This document shows, piece by piece, positions 62,160 through 64,000 of a stretch of DNA of 64,000 nt. The number at the start of each line of letters is the position of its first letter. The stretch's first letter is position 1. Source of the stretch: Isurus oxyrinchus (taxonomy: Eukaryota); the NCBI GenBank assembly GCA_026770705.1, contig JANJGN010000038.1, positions 12,276,001 through 12,340,000 of the forward strand. The letters run 5' to 3'. A model generated the notes under the pieces. The model searched no databases. It was not told the DNA's origin and saw nothing but the letters and a program-made list of their open reading frames with translations. The position numbers and the translations under genes were made by a program.

Positions 62160-62700
62160 TGCTTGTTAATGTATCTGATATTATGACTTTTTAGGTTCTC
62201 TGTTTGCTATGTTAATAATTTTGCCTGCATGAGCGTGTGAATATGTTACGGCGTGCCTTTATGTGTTGATGGATGTTTATAACTATGTGTTTATGTCTGT
62301 TTAGTTGTCCATGTGTACTAAAACGTGCGTTTATATGTGTTTGTGTTATTGTGGGTGTGTGAATATATTCATCTTCGTTTCTTGTTCAGTGTTTGTGAAA
62401 ATGCTGTTGCCTGTTCATCTAAGTGCCCGTGTGTCAATTTGTTAATGTGTGTATGGAAATGCCTATGTATTTGCATTACTGTGCATGATAGTGTGTCTTT
62501 AGATCTATATTGTTGTGTTCGTTGAAGCATAGTAATGAACATATTCATGTATATGTTTACATGTCCCGCATGAGTCTGCTTATGGGGTTGTGTATATCTG
62601 CATTTGTATCTGTTGTGTATATGTGTGTGTGTGTGTGTGTGTATGTGTGTGCACACACACATTTGCATTTTTGTGACTGTGAGGCCATGTGTTGAGAGAG
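62160..62700. repeat. TG-rich low-complexity tract with (TG)n microsatellite (also 60740-60980)
   Basis: (tg)n at ~62622-62650 within diffuse tgtg/tatg repeats. Confidence 0.8.
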
Positions 62701-63229
62701 TATGAAATCCCTACAGCTGACAAAAGTTTTAATTCTTGAAGCAAACACCGCGAACTTGAACCAAATTTTGATCACAAATATATTTTTGCACTCCATCTTT
62801 TTCTAAACTCTCAACTGAGCTCCAGATATCTTCACATAAACATGACACACATGGTCTGTTACCGTGTAGAATGGCAAAATATTTATCCGTTAATTCCAAA
62901 ACTTTCCTTAATTCTGGTAAACCACGTAAATAGCTTTTAATTCATTGGAATAACTACAGAAGTCCTGTTCCTGTTCGTCAGCTAATTAAGACCACCTGCA
63001 GTATGAAGGCCTTAACTTCCTGGCTGTTAAATCTTAAGTCAACATGGCTCCAGCCTTCTAGGAATAATAAACACCAAGGCTGTTTCCATTGCATTAAATT
63101 TAGGGCTGCATTTGCCAGTTTCGTCACCAGATGTACCCACTGCCATCAGTTAAATCTCTAATTTCCAAAACTAAAGATTACATTGAAAAAAATACATCTG
63201 AACAATGACACTAACGTAACAATTTCAGG

Positions 63230-63910
63230 CCGTAGGATCGGGTAAAAAGTCACTATTAAACTGGGATATCAGTCACAAGGTCATTGTCAGCCAGAGCCTC
63301 AAATAAATGATCAGGGTTAAATTGGGACATCCGGTACAAAGTCACTGTTAGATTCAATTATCAGTTAAAATGTCACTGCTGGACTGGACTATCAAGTACA
63401 TGGCCAATGTTAGATCATGATAACAGTTACAAGGCCACTGTTAGGCTGGATTATCAGTTACAAAGTGGCGATTAGAACAGACTGCTGGTACAAGGTAAAT
63501 TGTGGATCGGGACATTGGTTACAAGGTCACTGTTAGATCGGAGTGTCGGACACAAGGCCAGCAGAACATCAGGTTTCAATCCCATGGTAGCCGTTTGATG
63601 ACAGTATCTGTAAAACACCCACTGCTGGACTTCGGTAACATTTAAATGAGCACTGTGCGACCAGGTATCAGTTACGTGATCACTGTAAGTCTGTGGTGTC
63701 AGGCACAAGATCAATTTAGATTGTCCGTTTTCTACATGGGCACTAATATTCCATGGATTTCAATTACATGGTTTTTGTTACACCGGGGTATCATTTGCAA
63801 GGCCAGTTTTCAAGTTAAACTGTTTTATCATTTCCATAATGAGTGTCACTCGGAGGTATCACGTATACGTTTAGTGTTAGACCAGACATAAGTTTCAAAT
63901 TATCAGTTCA
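63230..63910. repeat. Degenerate minisatellite, about 30-32 bp unit (gtcactgttagactgggatatcagttacaag-like)
   Basis: Recurrent gtcactgttaga / atcagttacaag words. Confidence 0.75.
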
Positions 63911-64000
63911 CTTTTTACTTTCTGATCACAGGATGATCATCAACCATACTTCCTTTAGGACTGTTACTGCTTCTGACCATCCCCTGGGACTTGTGTTATG

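Noticed and set aside
63230-63910. Regularly spaced ~30-bp repeats as a CRISPR-like array (also 42830-43090)
   Set aside because: Units are contiguous and degenerate with no unique spacers, and the context is vertebrate; these are ordinary minisatellites.

Overview
Eukaryotic, repeat-rich vertebrate DNA, most likely from a cartilaginous fish (inferred from the repeat families and the Ig transmembrane peptide). Most entries in the supplied ORF track are chance ORFs, antisense shadows or transposon fragments. The window holds a tandem, mixed-orientation cluster of two-exon class A GPCR genes of the GPR139/GPR142 type: five copies plus one exon fragment. Four are clearly disabled and one (53048-55714, minus) is open through TM7. 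The three copies with a visible first exon share an identically spaced O/E(EBF)-like site, TATA box and ATG, and two of them also have a homeodomain core abutting the O/E-like site. Interleaved with the cluster are three orphan immunoglobulin heavy-chain membrane cassettes (128-nt TM1 exon, TM2 micro-exon, poly(A) signal) on a segmentally duplicated block, with no V or C-domain exons recognisable in the window. The rest is CR1-clade and RTE LINE fragments, SINEs, minisatellites and two families of Penelope-like elements whose ends carry minimal hammerhead-ribozyme motifs. There is one 138-N assembly gap. Repeat boundaries are approximate (read by eye); exon boundaries were read from splice sites.
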